Assembly (NCBI RefSeq): GCF_009834535.1
Contig: NC_045696.1
Span: 106,518,001-106,582,000 of the forward strand
Direction: 5' to 3'
Source of the DNA: Camelus ferus
Taxonomy: Eukaryota
DNA length: 64,000 nucleotides
The stretch's first letter is position 1; each line of letters opens with the position of its first letter. Shown here in pieces: positions 10,391-23,800 of the stretch. The notes beneath the pieces were generated by a model that saw nothing but the letters and a program-made list of their open reading frames with translations, had not been told where the DNA came from and searched no databases. A program made the position numbers and the translations under genes.

Positions 10391-12534
10391 AAACCAGTCT
10401 AACATAGGTCTTCCGGGACAGGGGAACCCCTCGGGGAAATCTCAGTTACATGATAAGCAGGAGGAGCAGGGACCACATCCTGGTGATGTGCTCAGTCAGG
10501 GGAGGAATGAAGTCAGAATACACGTTCAAACCCTCAGTAATGGGGCAGTTGTGAAGCCTGAATTGGGAAGAGAGAATTCTGACTCAAAATGTCCTGCAGT
10601 GACTGCGAGGCTGGCTCCCTGGGGCTCTGGCCCTCTGGCTGCCAGGTGTACACCTCAGCCCTGTGGCCAAGAGCACAGGCCTGGTATCTCATCTTCTCTC
10701 TAGTTGGTCAGTGGTAAGGGATTCTTTAAAAACTTGTAGAAACTTTTTTTTTCACCAAATCTGGAACTCAGAGGTAAAACGATCTCAGCATGTACACTAA
10801 CATACAAAGAAGTTCATGTCCTAACTCTAGCGTTGTGGGACTTTATTTATATCATTGCACCAAAACTGGGTCTCTGTCCTCCAGAGGAATAAGGAATATT
10901 TCTTATCCACAGTATAGAAATATTTTTGAAAAATAACAGGCTGAATACCACTATGTCCAGAGATCTTCGGCCCTGAGTGTGGGCTCTGAAAAAACAAATT
11001 CAGAAGCGGGAGAGCCAGCCTGCTCTTTCCTGGTGATAAGTCCATCCCAGATTCTGCAGGAGAAACTCAGCATGTCCTTGTCATATGCTTATGCTGCTGA
11101 ATCAGATATGATTAAGAAAAATGACGATTGAACCCGGAGTTTCAGCCTCGTGTGGGTGTTCCAAGGACAGGACTCAGCCATGCAGTGACTCATTTCCATT
11201 TGGTTTGGCTTGTGGGAGTAACAAGATAATATCCCTTGACTGTGGACAGGAGGTATAAATGGCTCAAATATACATCTCATTTGAGTCTCAAAATTCAATT
11301 TGAAAGCCAGTAAACGCGACTAATCAAAATACTGCCCAGCATTCATCAGCTTTCTAGACCTGGCTATGTTTTTGAGTCCCAGTTGGAATGACTAATAATA
11401 TATGGATTTTTAATTTTAAAAAGTGCCCAGCATATTCAGAAAAGAATTTGAACAGTATGCATCATTTCAGGTCCCTATTTGTTTGCCAAGCAAGGTTTTG
11501 GGTGGGAAATCCAAATCTTGCTCCCTTTGGTGATAAAGCAAAATGTGGCAGGAATATGGATGCTATCCACAAAATCCATGTTTTTCCTGTTGCCAGCACA
11601 TGCCAATATCAAGGTGTCCCCTGAATTATAGGTAGTTCTTTTAGGGCCAGAGTTCTAGGGCAGAATTAGCCCTTGCACAGGTGTGATGACATCACAGATG
11701 TCCCGTCTCACCTGTCCCTCTTCCTCACTGATGCTTAGTGCCCCAGGCTCCTCACACTCACTCCCAGCTCTAAAATCCGCTATTAAGAAAGAGATATGCT
11801 AAGGCGTGATGGTTGAATGGCAAAGCTTAGTTTGTAACCTCTTCTGGACTCTTTGTATTTTACCCCATGAATCAACTCCTCCTCTCTCCACCTTAAAAAC
11901 AAATAAAACAAAACACATTTTGTATTTGTTAATGATTTGGTGATCTCCAGACTTTAGGATTATGTGAATGAGTAAATTTTCATATAAAAGGTTCCAGGCC
12001 CCAAAGAAGACCACTAAATTTTTATTTTGCCCAGTAAGGACAAAAACTAATTATTAGAATCACCATCATTTAGAAGAGAAAAATATTTTGATATAAAAAT
12101 TATGGAAAACCACAATCTCAGAATAAAGGACAGTCATGGACAGCTAGGCTATGTAGGTTCCACACGGTCTTCATTTCTTCCCTCAATTCTTTTTAGATGG
12201 GAAAACCATCATCATGGACATACATGGTCCATGTAGCAGTATGGGTGCAGAAACCTGCAGCTAGAGGACTGGGAGCTGTCCTACAGCCAGTGAGATGCTC
12301 ACTGCCAAGATTTGTTGTGGGGGAGCAATGCTAGGATATAGACTCCAGGAAAATGATCCTTGAGCAGAAGATGAGGGCAGGAATTTTGGTGATACTGAAG
12401 GGAGGTGCTAGTTTGGGGAAGAGATATAGAGGGGCAGAGATGGGAGATCTTGAGGACTTAGGGTGATCTGGTTTGGAGGGGCGGGGACTGAGGTGGGTGG
12501 AAGTGCAGGTAGTGAAAAATCATTGTCATCAGAA

Positions 12535-13210
12535 AAGCATCCCCTGTTCATGAAAAGGAAAACAATATTGTTAAGGTAGCAATACTCCTCAAATTGATCA
12601 TCACATTCAATGCAATCTCTCTAAAAGTTCCAGCTGACTTCTTTGTAAAAATGATAAACTTATCCTAGAATTCATACAGAAATTCATAGGATCTGGTATA
12701 GCTAAAACAATCCTGTAAAAGAAGAGCAAAACTGAAGAGCTCACATTTTTCAATTTCAAAACTTATTACAAATCTACAGTAAACAAGACAGTGTGGTGTA
12801 GGCATAATGGAATGAAACTGAGAGTCCAGAAATAAACCCTCACATTACGGTCAACTTATTTTTGACAAGGGTCCCAAGACAATTCAATAGAGGAAAGAAT
12901 AATCTCTTCAAAAATGGTGTTGACCAACTGGGGTACCCATATGCAAAAGAATGAAGTTGGACCCCTACCTTACATTATGTACAAAAATTAACTCAAAGTG
13001 GACCATAGACCTAAATATAAGAGCTAAAACTATAAAAACCCTTAGAAGGAAACATAGACATAAATCTTCATGATCTTGGAGTAAGCAATGGTTTCTTAGA
13101 TATGACACCAAAAGCGTATGCAACAAAAGAAAAGAGAGAAATTGAACTTTATCAAAATAAAATTTTGCGCATCAAAGGACACCATCAAGAAAGTGAGAAG
13201 AACCAATGGA
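12535..13210 (+). mobile_element. L1 ORF2 fragment (degenerate)
   Basis: caatttcaaaacttattacaaatctacagtaaacaagacagtgtgg, atgcaaaagaatgaagttggacccctacc, atcaaaggacaccatcaagaaagtga. Confidence 0.85.
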
Positions 13211-13984
13211 ATGTGGTAAAATGGTGGGAAATTATCTCCTTTAAGAATTTAAAGTCAAGCTTTCACTTTGAAGAGTGGAGATGTGCTAAAGGAAAATATA
13301 CTGCTAGTCCTCCCAGGGAGATTTCTGTAGGTTGGGCTGGTAAAAGCGAGCACGGTGATGCTTTGGAACATTCCTGATAAAAGTTCTGGATAATGACTGT
13401 TTCCCAACTAAAGAAAATGTGTACGTGAACTGAGGAGGGTTCCCTCCCTGCACCCTCCGCTGGCTTTTGATTTAAATGAAAATTTTTAATGAAAAAAAGT
13501 TGAGATAAAGTTGACTCATCTTTAGTTAACGTCTGCAGTAAGATGAGAAGAAATCCCCTATAGGATGCGTGGTTGGAGTGATGGTCATAGGAGGTTTCAT
13601 TTACCACCAGCGCAGCCTTATCTGAGCCGACACTCACATCAGGAAGCCGTGGCACTCCGTGTTTCCCGCTCTCAGGAAGAGAATGAGGCAAGAGAGCAAA
13701 CAAAGTGGGGAGGGCTGGTTTCTGTTTGATTAGCTGGGGGCCGCAAGGCCCCTGACTCCTCCTAATACTCAGCACAGAAACTGCTTGTTCACCTTCTGCT
13801 GCTTTTACATGGGGGAGCTGAAAATATTCTCAAAGTGTTTCTGAGTCATGGAAAGAGGAAAGCTCCAAACTGCATTTTCCTTCACAGAAGAGTTTCTTTC
13901 AATGACAGTATTTTTTTTTTTTTTATCGAAAGAGTAATGTGAAATGGTAGAAAATGTTAAAGAATAAAAAAAATTTTAATCCAA

Positions 13985-14340
13985 AGAGGGATGAATGGGT
14001 GGAGCAAAGAATTTTTAGGGCAGGGAAATTACTCTGTGTGGTACTATGGTGTCAGCTTGTATTTGTCTAAGCCCATAGAGTGTACAACACCAAGAGTGAA
14101 CCCTAATGTAAACTATGGACTTTGGGTGATATTGATGTGTTAACGTAGGTTCATCATTTGTACCAACTGGACCACTCTGGTGGGGGATGTTAATGCTGGG
14201 GGAGACTATCCATGTGTGGGGGCAGGGGGTACCTGGGAAATCTCTTACTTTCCCCTCAGTTTTTCTGTGAACCTAATACTGCTTTAAAACATAAATTGTA
14301 ATAAAAAATTTTAAAATAAAATTATAAAATGTAAAAAATC
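13985..14340 (+). mobile_element. L1MC-like 3'UTR with A-rich tail
   Basis: gtacaacaccaagagtgaaccctaatgtaaactatggactttgggtgat; homologous to 9800-9960. Confidence 0.8.
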
Positions 14341-15384
14341 CAAAAAACAAGAAAAGCATAGAGAATAAAACAATAAACTGTCATTCTACCTCTTAAAGGT
14401 ACGACTATTAACATTTTGGCTTTATTTCCTTCTAGTCATCTTTCCTTGAATACATATTTTTTTACACCATTGGGATTGTACTACACGTGTAGTTTTTATC
14501 AAGCTTTTCTATTTAACTTTGTCTATAATATTTTCTTTATCAAAATTTTATTGTAATTATAAGTTTTAACACCCTATTATGTGGATGAACCATGTTTGTT
14601 TAACCTTTCCCCCACTGTTGAGTGTTTAGGCTATTTGTCGTGTTTACATTTTATGTGTAATCTGATTTTTGAAAAACCAGAATCTCTGATTTTTGAAATC
14701 TGGATGGGTAGAAGTTAAAAAAAAACTAACATTTAAATTGTAAGTAGTTTTTTGTTTCACCAGAGATAAGAGACTCTAATATTGCTTCAAGACAGGCTGT
14801 ATTTTGTTATAGGCACCACTGGAATTAACAATGTAATCACACACATGCAAATTACTTGCTCACTTACAATTCTTGGGGAAAATGTGGTGTCATCACCACC
14901 AACCATAGTATAGATGTTTGTAGACTGAGAGGCCAAGTATCCTGATGGGTAAGATACATTTTTTTGCTGTATGCTTGAGTCAGAATTTTGTCTCTAGAAT
15001 TTTTTTTTTTTTTTGTAAAGAGAAGTTAATGGAGTGGAAAAAAAAAGTTTTTCTCATTTTGAAATGAAACTGCTTTTTGCCCGAAGCCTTGTTTTTCCCG
15101 GGGATATGGATATGCAAGTATGTTAACGTGATTACCCAGAGCACTTAGTCTCTTAAGAGACTAATTCTGTCTCTCATTCTACAGCTCATGGGTCTACAAA
15201 GCCCTGCCCACCATTTCTGCAATTTCCTGACAGTCTTATGTTCTCATGTCACCTTTGCACCTGGGATCCTGCTCCTCTGAAGCTGTTCCTGCTCCATACC
15301 GTGTACACTTAGATCTCAGTTCAGTGTCTTCCTCAATTTCCGTGGCACTAACTCACACGGAGCATTCTTATGTAGAGAATCAAT

Positions 15385-15530
15385 AATAATGGCCACTGAC
15401 GTTTACTGAGCACTCATGCTGTGCCAGGCATCATTATAAACACGGCAGAGGTACTGCCTAATTTAATCTTCGTAACAACACTATCCCAGCTTTCCAGATG
15501 AAGAAACTGAGGCACTGAGAGATTAGGTAC
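15385..15530 (-). mobile_element. MIR fragment
   Basis: tttactgagcactcatgctgtgccaggca...cagatgaagaaactgaggcactgagag. Confidence 0.75.
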
Positions 15531-15589
15531 AATTTATGTTCAAGTGTATTTGCTAAAGCATTAATTTATTTTAAAAATTAGTAAGCATA

Positions 15590-17520
15590 CTAATAATTCT
15601 GGAAGGTGCTAGGGACTGAGTGGTAATACAGATGTGGTCTTGGCCCTCAGAGAACTCATGGTCTAGAGGCAGGATGTAGATAGTTATGAAATTACCAAAA
15701 ACATGACATAGATGAAGTACAGGATTATACTCCAGAAAATATCATTTGATCTTTGTATTTAAGGAAACTTCCTGAATGAAATGGCAACAAGGATGATTGG
15801 AAATGAGCCACAAAAGGGGAAGTGGGAAGAGCCAGGTAAAGAGTGTTTTAGGTACAGAGTAGTTTGTGCAAAGCTGGGAATGAAGAGTAAGGGTGGGAGG
15901 ACCAGGTGCTAAAGGAGGTTTGGAACAGCTGCAGCCCAGAGTGAAGCGGGGTGAATTTGAGAGAGGGGCTAGGGAGTTGGGGAGCTGGGCAGAAGCCAGG
16001 ACATAGAGGACTTGTAGGCCATGGAGTGAACATGGAGGGTCTTCTAGGGCTGTTAAGAATTTTGGACTCCATTCCAAATGTGGTGGCAAGCCAATGAAGG
16101 ATTTAAGAGTGGAGGGACATGCTCGTATTTACATCTTACTTACTTTGGTTGCATAGGGAGAATGAAACTGATTAGTGGGCAACTGCTAACAGCAGGCAAT
16201 CCAGAAGGCTTTTGAGTGAGCCAGGCAAGAACTTACGGTGGCCTGGACTGAAGGAGTGGCAATGCCAAAGCAGAGATGTAGATGGATTTGAGGTTTACTT
16301 AAAAGGTTGTATTAGTCTGGGTTCTTAGTTGCAGAAAACAGAATCCATTTCAGGTGATGTAAGCAGGAAAGGATTTATTGTAAGATATTAGGTAGCTCGC
16401 AGAACGTATAGGAAGACTCACAGAATAGACTCAGTAACATCACTAGGTCCCCCCTAGCGGCAAGGAAGCAACAGAAGTGTACAATCTCTGTACAGGAACT
16501 CATGCTAGAAAGTAACTGGAATGGCTTTGAATGAGTCAACTTGCAGTACCTGTTTCAACGGTGGCTGCGCTGATAGGCTTTGGTGAGTGATTTTGAAGAG
16601 GGTAAGAGAGAAGAAGGTGTTAAGAAAGATCCCTAAATTCTAGCTTAGATTTTGAGGGTACAATGGTAGATTTTATTACAATTAAAAACTTGGCAGAAGG
16701 AGAACTCTTTGGAGGTTGGAGACAGGAGACAGCTGAGTTCATCTGGGGAGGGGCTGACTTTGAGCTATCTGTGGGTTGTACGTATAGAGGGGTCCCGTAG
16801 ACAGTGAGATGTAGGGCTCTGGAGGTATAGGTTTCTGAGTTATCAGCATATGGACGGTACCTGATGAGAGAGAAGAGACAGTCATTAGAGGAATGAGATC
16901 ACAAGGAATATAGTGTCAGTAGCTGGGAGGGCCAGAGACAAGAACCCTGGGATACTCCCAATACCAGAGGACAGGCAGAGCAAGGGGCACTGACAAAGAC
17001 ACTGGGAAAGGACAGGCAGAGAGGTGGAAGGAAATTGGAACGTGGGGTCATGGAAGGCAAGAGAAAAGAGTGGAGAAGAGAGAGTGGGACACTGTCGAGT
17101 GCTGCTGGAGGTCAAGCTAATGGAGGACTGAGTGGTATTCAGTGGATTGAATGAAAAAGAGATCGCTGGTTCTCTTCTGTCCTCTTCTGAGGGTAATTTC
17201 AGTAGAGAGACAGGGAAGACAGATGCAGGGAGTGGAGGAGTGAATAGGATGTGGGGAAAAGGAGAGAATTACAGTAGGTGTCTCTTCCCAGAAGTTTGAT
17301 GAAAGGGGAGATGAGAAAGGAATATGGGGTTGAAAGAATGTGGGGGGGGGGTTGGGTGAGAAGGCATGGCTGGAGCATGTAAGTGCTGGTAAGTGGAAAC
17401 CAGGAGACAGGAAGAGGAATAGAGGTTCAGAAGAGTGAGGGAATAGTTGAGAGATTGAAGTCCTGGAAAGATAGAAGGAGTAAAGCCAGAGTTTAGTCAG
17501 GTAGACAGAGGGACATTCAT
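15590..17520 (-). mobile_element. L2 LINE remnant, interrupted by a MaLR fragment at about 16310-16450
   Basis: ggccctcagagaactcatggtctag, tgtaggccatgg, gaggtcaagctaatggaggactgag; purine-rich plus strand typical of antisense L2; tgtattagtctgggttc marks the MLT piece. Confidence 0.7.
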
Positions 17521-17779
17521 TCATTCAATTCATTTTATGTGTTCATTCACTTAATTTATTTTTTCTGAGCCACTGCCTCCTTCAGCTGGGTGCAGTTTAC
17601 TACGAGTGTGTCCACCAAATCATCCTCCTATTTGCTCTTTTTTTTCTTCCTATTTGCTCTTGAATTTATTTATTACTCAATCACTCTGGGGCCAGGAGGT
17701 GTGCACCTCCTTTCATGGGCTGACCCTGGGCATCCAGTATTTTCATTTCCTAAATCTGCCGAGCTTCTATATGATCTGA

Positions 17780-18074
17780 ACCACACATGCAAACCACATA
17801 GGTGACTTCAAATTTTCTCATAACTACATTTTAAAAAGTAAAAAGAGGTGGGTGAATTAATTTAAATGATATATTTTCTTTAACTCAATATAGCCAAAAT
17901 ACCATTTCAACATGTAATTAATAGAAATATTAACAAGATATTTCACATTCTCTTTTTTGTATTAAGTCTTTGAAATCCAGTGTATTTTACACTTGTGTTT
18001 CATTTTGAATTAGCCACATTTCAAGTGCTCGATAGCCATGTGTGGCTAGTGGCTACTGTGTTGGACAGCACAGG
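17780..18074. mobile_element. MER33/MER3-like hAT-Charlie element
   Basis: tagccacatttcaagtgctcgatagccatgtgtggctagtggctactgtgttggacagcacagg. Confidence 0.8.
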
Positions 18075-18810
18075 TGCACATCTCCCCAGATATTCCTATT
18101 TCATTGACCTGGGCTGTGGGTTTTAAGAGCTCCCAGGTGATTCCAGTGAGCAGCCCTCCCAGATGATTCCAGTGCCACCTCCGCTCTGCAAGGCTGCCTG
18201 GTCACAGATCAGTCTGTGATGAGCAGCGGTTGCCACAAGAGGGAGCCAGCCCCTCGGAGAAAAGGCTTCTCAAAGCCACAAGGTCTTCACCAGGCAGGGA
18301 CTCAGGAAAGGCTGGGAGAGGCCACAAGCACAGTGGCTGGACCGCTCCTCAGTGTCCCTCACGCTCACTTACCCTGCCAAGGTTTCCCACAGTCTGGGCC
18401 GCTACTTCACATCTCTCTTTAATTTCTCCGGAATTATCCCTTTCATCTTGATCTCTCCTCCCTTCTCCCACCATCATAAGGCCTTTCCCCCGTGTAGGAG
18501 TGTGGAAAGTCACAAGGACTGAGAACTAGGGGTCCAGCAGATTGGGGTCATATCCCAACTGTGCTGCGTACCAGCTAAGGGCACTTCCAGCGCACCACAT
18601 AACTGTTGGCAGCTCCTTCACTAGGGTGGAGATACTCTCAATCTCAAAAGCTTGTCGGGGAAGGACAACATATGATAATATACTTAGAGCAGTACCCAGG
18701 AGATGCTTGTAATTAAGCAAAGCAAGGTAGGTGCCCAGGAAACAGTGGCTCACTCCCCCACATCCCCTACCCTGCAGATTTGTTGGAGGTCATGTGACAC
18801 ACCTAACATG

Positions 18811-18970
18811 TTAGTTCCCCAACTCAGCTATACCACAGGATCACCTAGGGAGCTGATGAATAAATCTCATTTTCTGATCCTCCTAGAGATTCTGATTCAG
18901 TAGGTCTGGGATGAGGCCAGGGATTATGGATTACGAGTTTTAGAGAAGTTCTCCAGAAGATTCTGAGAAG
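18811..18970. mobile_element. MER5-like hAT-Charlie element
   Basis: gatcacctagggagctg...agagattctgattcagtaggtctgggatgaggcc. Confidence 0.75.
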
Positions 18971-19444
18971 CTAACCTGATACTGGTTTTGTGGGTTGTTT
19001 GGTAATCATTGACATGTGGAAGGAACATGGGATTTGGAATTGGGGGATCCTAGGCTTTTCTTCATGCTTTGCTTTTTACTCAATTTTTCTGAGCCTCAGC
19101 TCTGCCATTTGTCAAAGGAGACCACATAAGACACCTTGCTCAGGAGGTGGTGAGCTATACAAGGCAGAGTAAGGGCTGGGCAGCCATGGTCCCTGCCCCC
19201 CACCCCCAACTCCAATGCCCCTTCTTTCCTAATTCCCTGGACTACCTACTATTTCTTGCACAGGCTGTTTGCCTCGCCTCCCAGCCTCTCCGTACCTTTC
19301 CCGCTACTTGAGATGCCCTCTGCTCCTTTCTCCATCAGAGCTGGGCCAGCTTAACCAACAGCGCTACCTGCTTCCTTTGGACTTCAGAATGGATTCTGGC
19401 TTTAGTGCCCTATTGCTCCACCCTGATTTTGGATTCATTTTCTT

Positions 19445-19676
19445 CTTTTAAAAAAAACTTTTAATTGAAGGGTTGTTGATTTACAGTGTTTAGTTTCAGT
19501 GTTCAGCAAAGTGATTCAGTGATACATATGCATACATATTTTCTTTTCAGATTCTTTCCCATTATATGTTCCTACAAGAAATTGAAAATAGTTCCCTGTG
19601 CTATACAGTAGGTCCTTGTTGTTTATCTATTTTATAGACAGTAGTGTGTGTCTGTTAATCCTCAACCCCTAATTCA
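19445..19676 (-). mobile_element. Young L1 3' end with TSD
   Basis: L1 3'UTR terminus; TSD gattcattttctt (19432-19444) / gattcactttctt (19677-19689). Confidence 0.85.
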
Positions 19677-20566
19677 GATTCACTTTCTTTGAGCCATGAG
19701 TTTATCATTGGGCAAATTCAAATAAGGCCTTTCCTGTCCACTCACCACCCTTTCCCACCCTACCCGCCACCCCACTTCACTCAACCCCAAGGAGCCAGAC
19801 TTAGCTGACAGGTCTTCCTGGGAGGTCGTGGGTGTCACAGGGGAAGGAAAGAGGAGAAGTTCTATGTGGAAAAGAGCAAAGAAGACAACCCTAGCCTTTG
19901 CAGTTGCAGATTTCTGGCCTGAAACAGATTTGCTCTACAGCAAATGTATCAAAAACGAAACTAAAAGACAAATGACAAAAGGTTAGTATCTTAATAGGTC
20001 TTGTATATAAATGATATTAAATCACGTTTGCAGTTTTGATTAATATTGTGGACCAGGCATTTTGATTTTTCACTTGAGACAGTAATTGTAGCTTAAAGTG
20101 ACTGTGGGATTGTCTAACCAAGAGTGAGAAGAAAAATCATGGCTCGCTGCCGGTTCCATCTAGTTGCAGGAGAAATTTACACCCACGGACCAAACTTTAA
20201 AATGACAATAGCAGACCGAAAATAAAATTGCATTTTTGTTATGTCAGCAGTGGTACCCCCGTCTTTTAAAAGATTGCATAGTATTCCATCATTTGACTAT
20301 ATGGTAATTTATTCAATCAATTCCATATAATGTATGTTTAGTTTGTTTCCAGTTTTTAATTATAATTATTTATAATGATATCAATGATACTGAGATTGTA
20401 GAACGTTCATCTTTTCCCACTTGTTTCATTAGTCCCTTAAGATAAAATCCCTAAAGTGAACTATCTGGTATAAGCATAAAAAAGTAATGCATTTAAAATT
20501 TTGATCATATTGTTCTCTCAAAAAGTTAGATCAGCTTATACTACTGCTAACAAACCAGTATGTTTA

Positions 20567-20857
20567 TTTTTTTATTTTTTATTTTTCTAATTGAAGTATA
20601 GTTGATTTACAATGTTGTGCTAGTTTCTGGTGTGCAGAAAAGTGATTCGGTTATACATATACATATATATCCTTTTTCAGATTCTTTTCCATTACAGTTT
20701 ATTACAGTATATTGAATATGGTTCCCTGTGCTATGCAGTAGGACCTTGCTTATTTATTTTATACATAGTAGTGTGTATCTGCTAATCCCAAACTCCTAAT
20801 TTATCCCTCCCCCCACCCTTTCCCCTTTGGTAACCTTAAGTTTGTTTTCTATGTTTA
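20567..20857 (-). mobile_element. Young L1 3' end with TSD, nested in an older antisense L1
   Basis: aattgaagtatagttgatttacaatgttgtg...; TSD aaaccagtatgttta (20552-20566) / aaaacaatatgttta (20858-20872). Confidence 0.85.
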
Positions 20858-23800
20858 AAAACAATATGTTTAAATGATAATTCTCCATATTCTCAAAAAC
20901 TGAGGCTTATCAATATTTTATTACTTTTGAGAAAGAATAGATGGAAGTGGTACCCCATTTTAACCTACAATTCTTTGATGATTACCTGCCAGTAAGCACC
21001 TTTTTCTGTATTTGTGGACATTTTTACTTCTTCTCTTTTGATTTGCTTGTTCACGTTGATGAGTAAAGTTTTAATCAGATTAATAATTCCATTACAAGGT
21101 TGTGTCTTAATATCTTCTTTTAGTGAAATTAATGTCAAATTGGTGGGCAGAGGTCTCTACCCTCCAATTATATATAAAATTAATGCCTCCATTACCGTTT
21201 TAGATTAGAGTACTTTTCAGATTCTTATCTTCTGTGTAATCAAGGTTTTGTGGTATTTCTATTTATTTTTTAGAAGAATGTGAGTGTGGCCTGAAGCTCC
21301 GTCAGACAGAAATAAGGCTGTTAATGTGGCCTTTGGTGGGAGAGGGAGCTTCTTAACGAGTTGCCTCTCTGCAGGACTCACTGATTCTAAAAGCCAGACT
21401 GTCTACATCTATTTGAAGCAGTCTTTGGGGATGTTTAGAAAGACCAAAAAGAAGTTTGTTAATGAGATTGAACTCTTTTTCTAATTTTTTAATTTTTTTT
21501 GCTAGACGGTTACATATAAATACAGCCATCTGATTAAGCACATAGAGACAGGTTCTGTGATCACTTTTAATTTTCCCTTCACGAAGGAGCTTTTTGAAAG
21601 TCACTACCTGGGATGAGGAATCGAATGCCCATTCACCGCCCTTTGGCAGTGACCAGGTTTCTGGCGACCCCCTGTGTGTCTCCACAGGTCTTGCTGTGCC
21701 CAGGCACGTCCTCACACGAGGTGTGATGGTGGCACTTGCGGTTGGCTGATCTTCCCCGCTCATTCTGTCATGTTTCAGTTCAGTGTAATCGTGAGAGTAC
21801 AGCTCAGGTGTTCTCTTCTCTCTGGTATGTTTTGCAAAATACAGTGAAGGAGCTGAATCTGTAGGTTGCAAGCCCAAGACAATTTTCCTTCCCCGATGTT
21901 CACTTAACCCAGTCTTGGAATAGTTTTTCTCTGCTCACGGATGACATCCCAGGCAGGCCCTGTAGCCTTCCCAGTCATCCTTAGAAACAGAAGTTCCCCT
22001 AAAGGCCAAAAAAAGGTGCTATTTCAGTGATTAGTATGTCAACGCTAACATTGCTGTGTGCCCAGTATATTTGACACCACAATCACTTGTTAATGTTTCC
22101 TCCCTGCATGTGACCAAATTATTTTCAGTATAATCATGAAAGGAAACAATAACAGTGGCCAAAGGAAAAATATGAACAGTGAGAGTTTACTTTTCTCAAA
22201 CTTCCATATCATGCTAATAAATAAAAAAATAAATAAAAATAAATACAGAAAAGGGGAAAAGTAACGACTTAATACTTTCTACTTACATTAGGATCTTTTT
22301 TGAAGAAAGAAAACATACTGTTGTTTGCACTCTGTTTTAAAGTTTGAAATTAGAAAACCTCTAAGTGGTCTCTTAGTATGACAGAATTGAAATAACACAT
22401 GTTCTTTGTCTTTATAATAACTGTGCTGTCATGGCTTATTTAAATCTACTGATTAAATGCAGGGGTATGTGGTCCTACAGGAGCTGGAGATGTTAAACTC
22501 TACCTGGAACAAAAAAACACAATGATGCTGCACCTTTAAAATTTACCCTTAAAATGAATGCAGGAAGCTAAGTTCGAGTGTGTTGGTGCCAACAGGGCAG
22601 CAGAAACTTCCTGAATTAAATGTAGAAAATGTTTATTGAAAGAGAAATAATAAAAAGTCCTAATTTGGAGCCTCCATATATAATACTCAAGAGTATCCAC
22701 AGCAGTGGTTTAGATATTAGACCAACAAAAGATATCTTTGAGGAGAAGTTCATCGTTGACATTGTACAGAATAGTCACATGATGATAAAAAAAGCAGCTC
22801 GATATGGTGTAGATTTTATTATTGCTTTTACATTCTCTGCAGACAATGCCTCCCTGATGCCTTGATACCGTATAAGCTCTGGAGCTTGGATTCAAGCTCA
22901 GGAAAACATAGAAAGAAGATCTGAGTTTCAGTCATTGAGTGAAATGAGGCTAAAAGTAAACGTTATGCTTAGCTATGAAAAAAATGGACAAAGTTATTTT
23001 CTTAAACATCTGGGTTTGTAGTCGGACATCTGTACGCAGTAACTTGTTATTCCAGAAACTGCTGCTTGATGCAGTGACGTTCCCTTTCTCTCTTTCACCT
23101 GGGCCCCGAGGGTGCAGTTCCTGTTGTCTGGATAGAAGAGATTTTCAACTCTTGTTGTGGAGGGAAGAATCACTTCGTGAATGGGATCCAAACTGAACAT
23201 GGATGTCCCCCAGGGCAGAAGCATGCGTATGTACCTCGAGACGCAATCTACACAGAATTCAGGGAACGTCCACGCTCAGTGTCAAGGGGATCACAGAGGC
23301 GCCTTTCATCCTCATTCCCTCCCCGTTTCAGGGTGTTCCACACCCTCATCTTTGGCAACCCCTGGCCTGAGGCTGCTCTGCGGAGCTAAAACGGCAGGTG
23401 CTGTGGATTTCCAATATCTTCACTCTGAAAAGCATGGATCTGAATGTCTGGGGCAGAGAGGGAGGGGCCTGCTGTTGTACAGGGTGCTCTCTCGTGGAGC
23501 AATGGAAATTTTCCCGAGTCGTGAAATCCAACAGGGCTCCGCAAATGACTGCTGGTGAGTGAGTCTTCAATCAGGATGCCTCTTCGGTGGTGTTTCAGCT
23601 TGCAGTTATCTCCAGAGTCCTCAGGGGTTGGCACAGTTGTAGGGTCCCCCATCGGGTCTGATAACACTCCAAGGCCTCCCTGGGGGTTCTGCCCTTGCCA
23701 AGAAGGCGCCGCAGCAATTAAAGAAGGTTTTCTTCCCGAGCTCTGGGGTGTATTTATCTTGAAGCTAATGTTACAGTTGGTGCTTTCTTTTGCCAAAGCT

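Noticed and set aside
15860..17520. Long purine-rich strand asymmetry
   Set aside because: Explained by an antisense L2 remnant.
18130..18174. 19-bp direct repeat with a 26-bp period (similar 14-bp pair at 14661-14698)
   Set aside because: Two-copy micro-duplication at a MER5-like end; not an array and not CRISPR-like.
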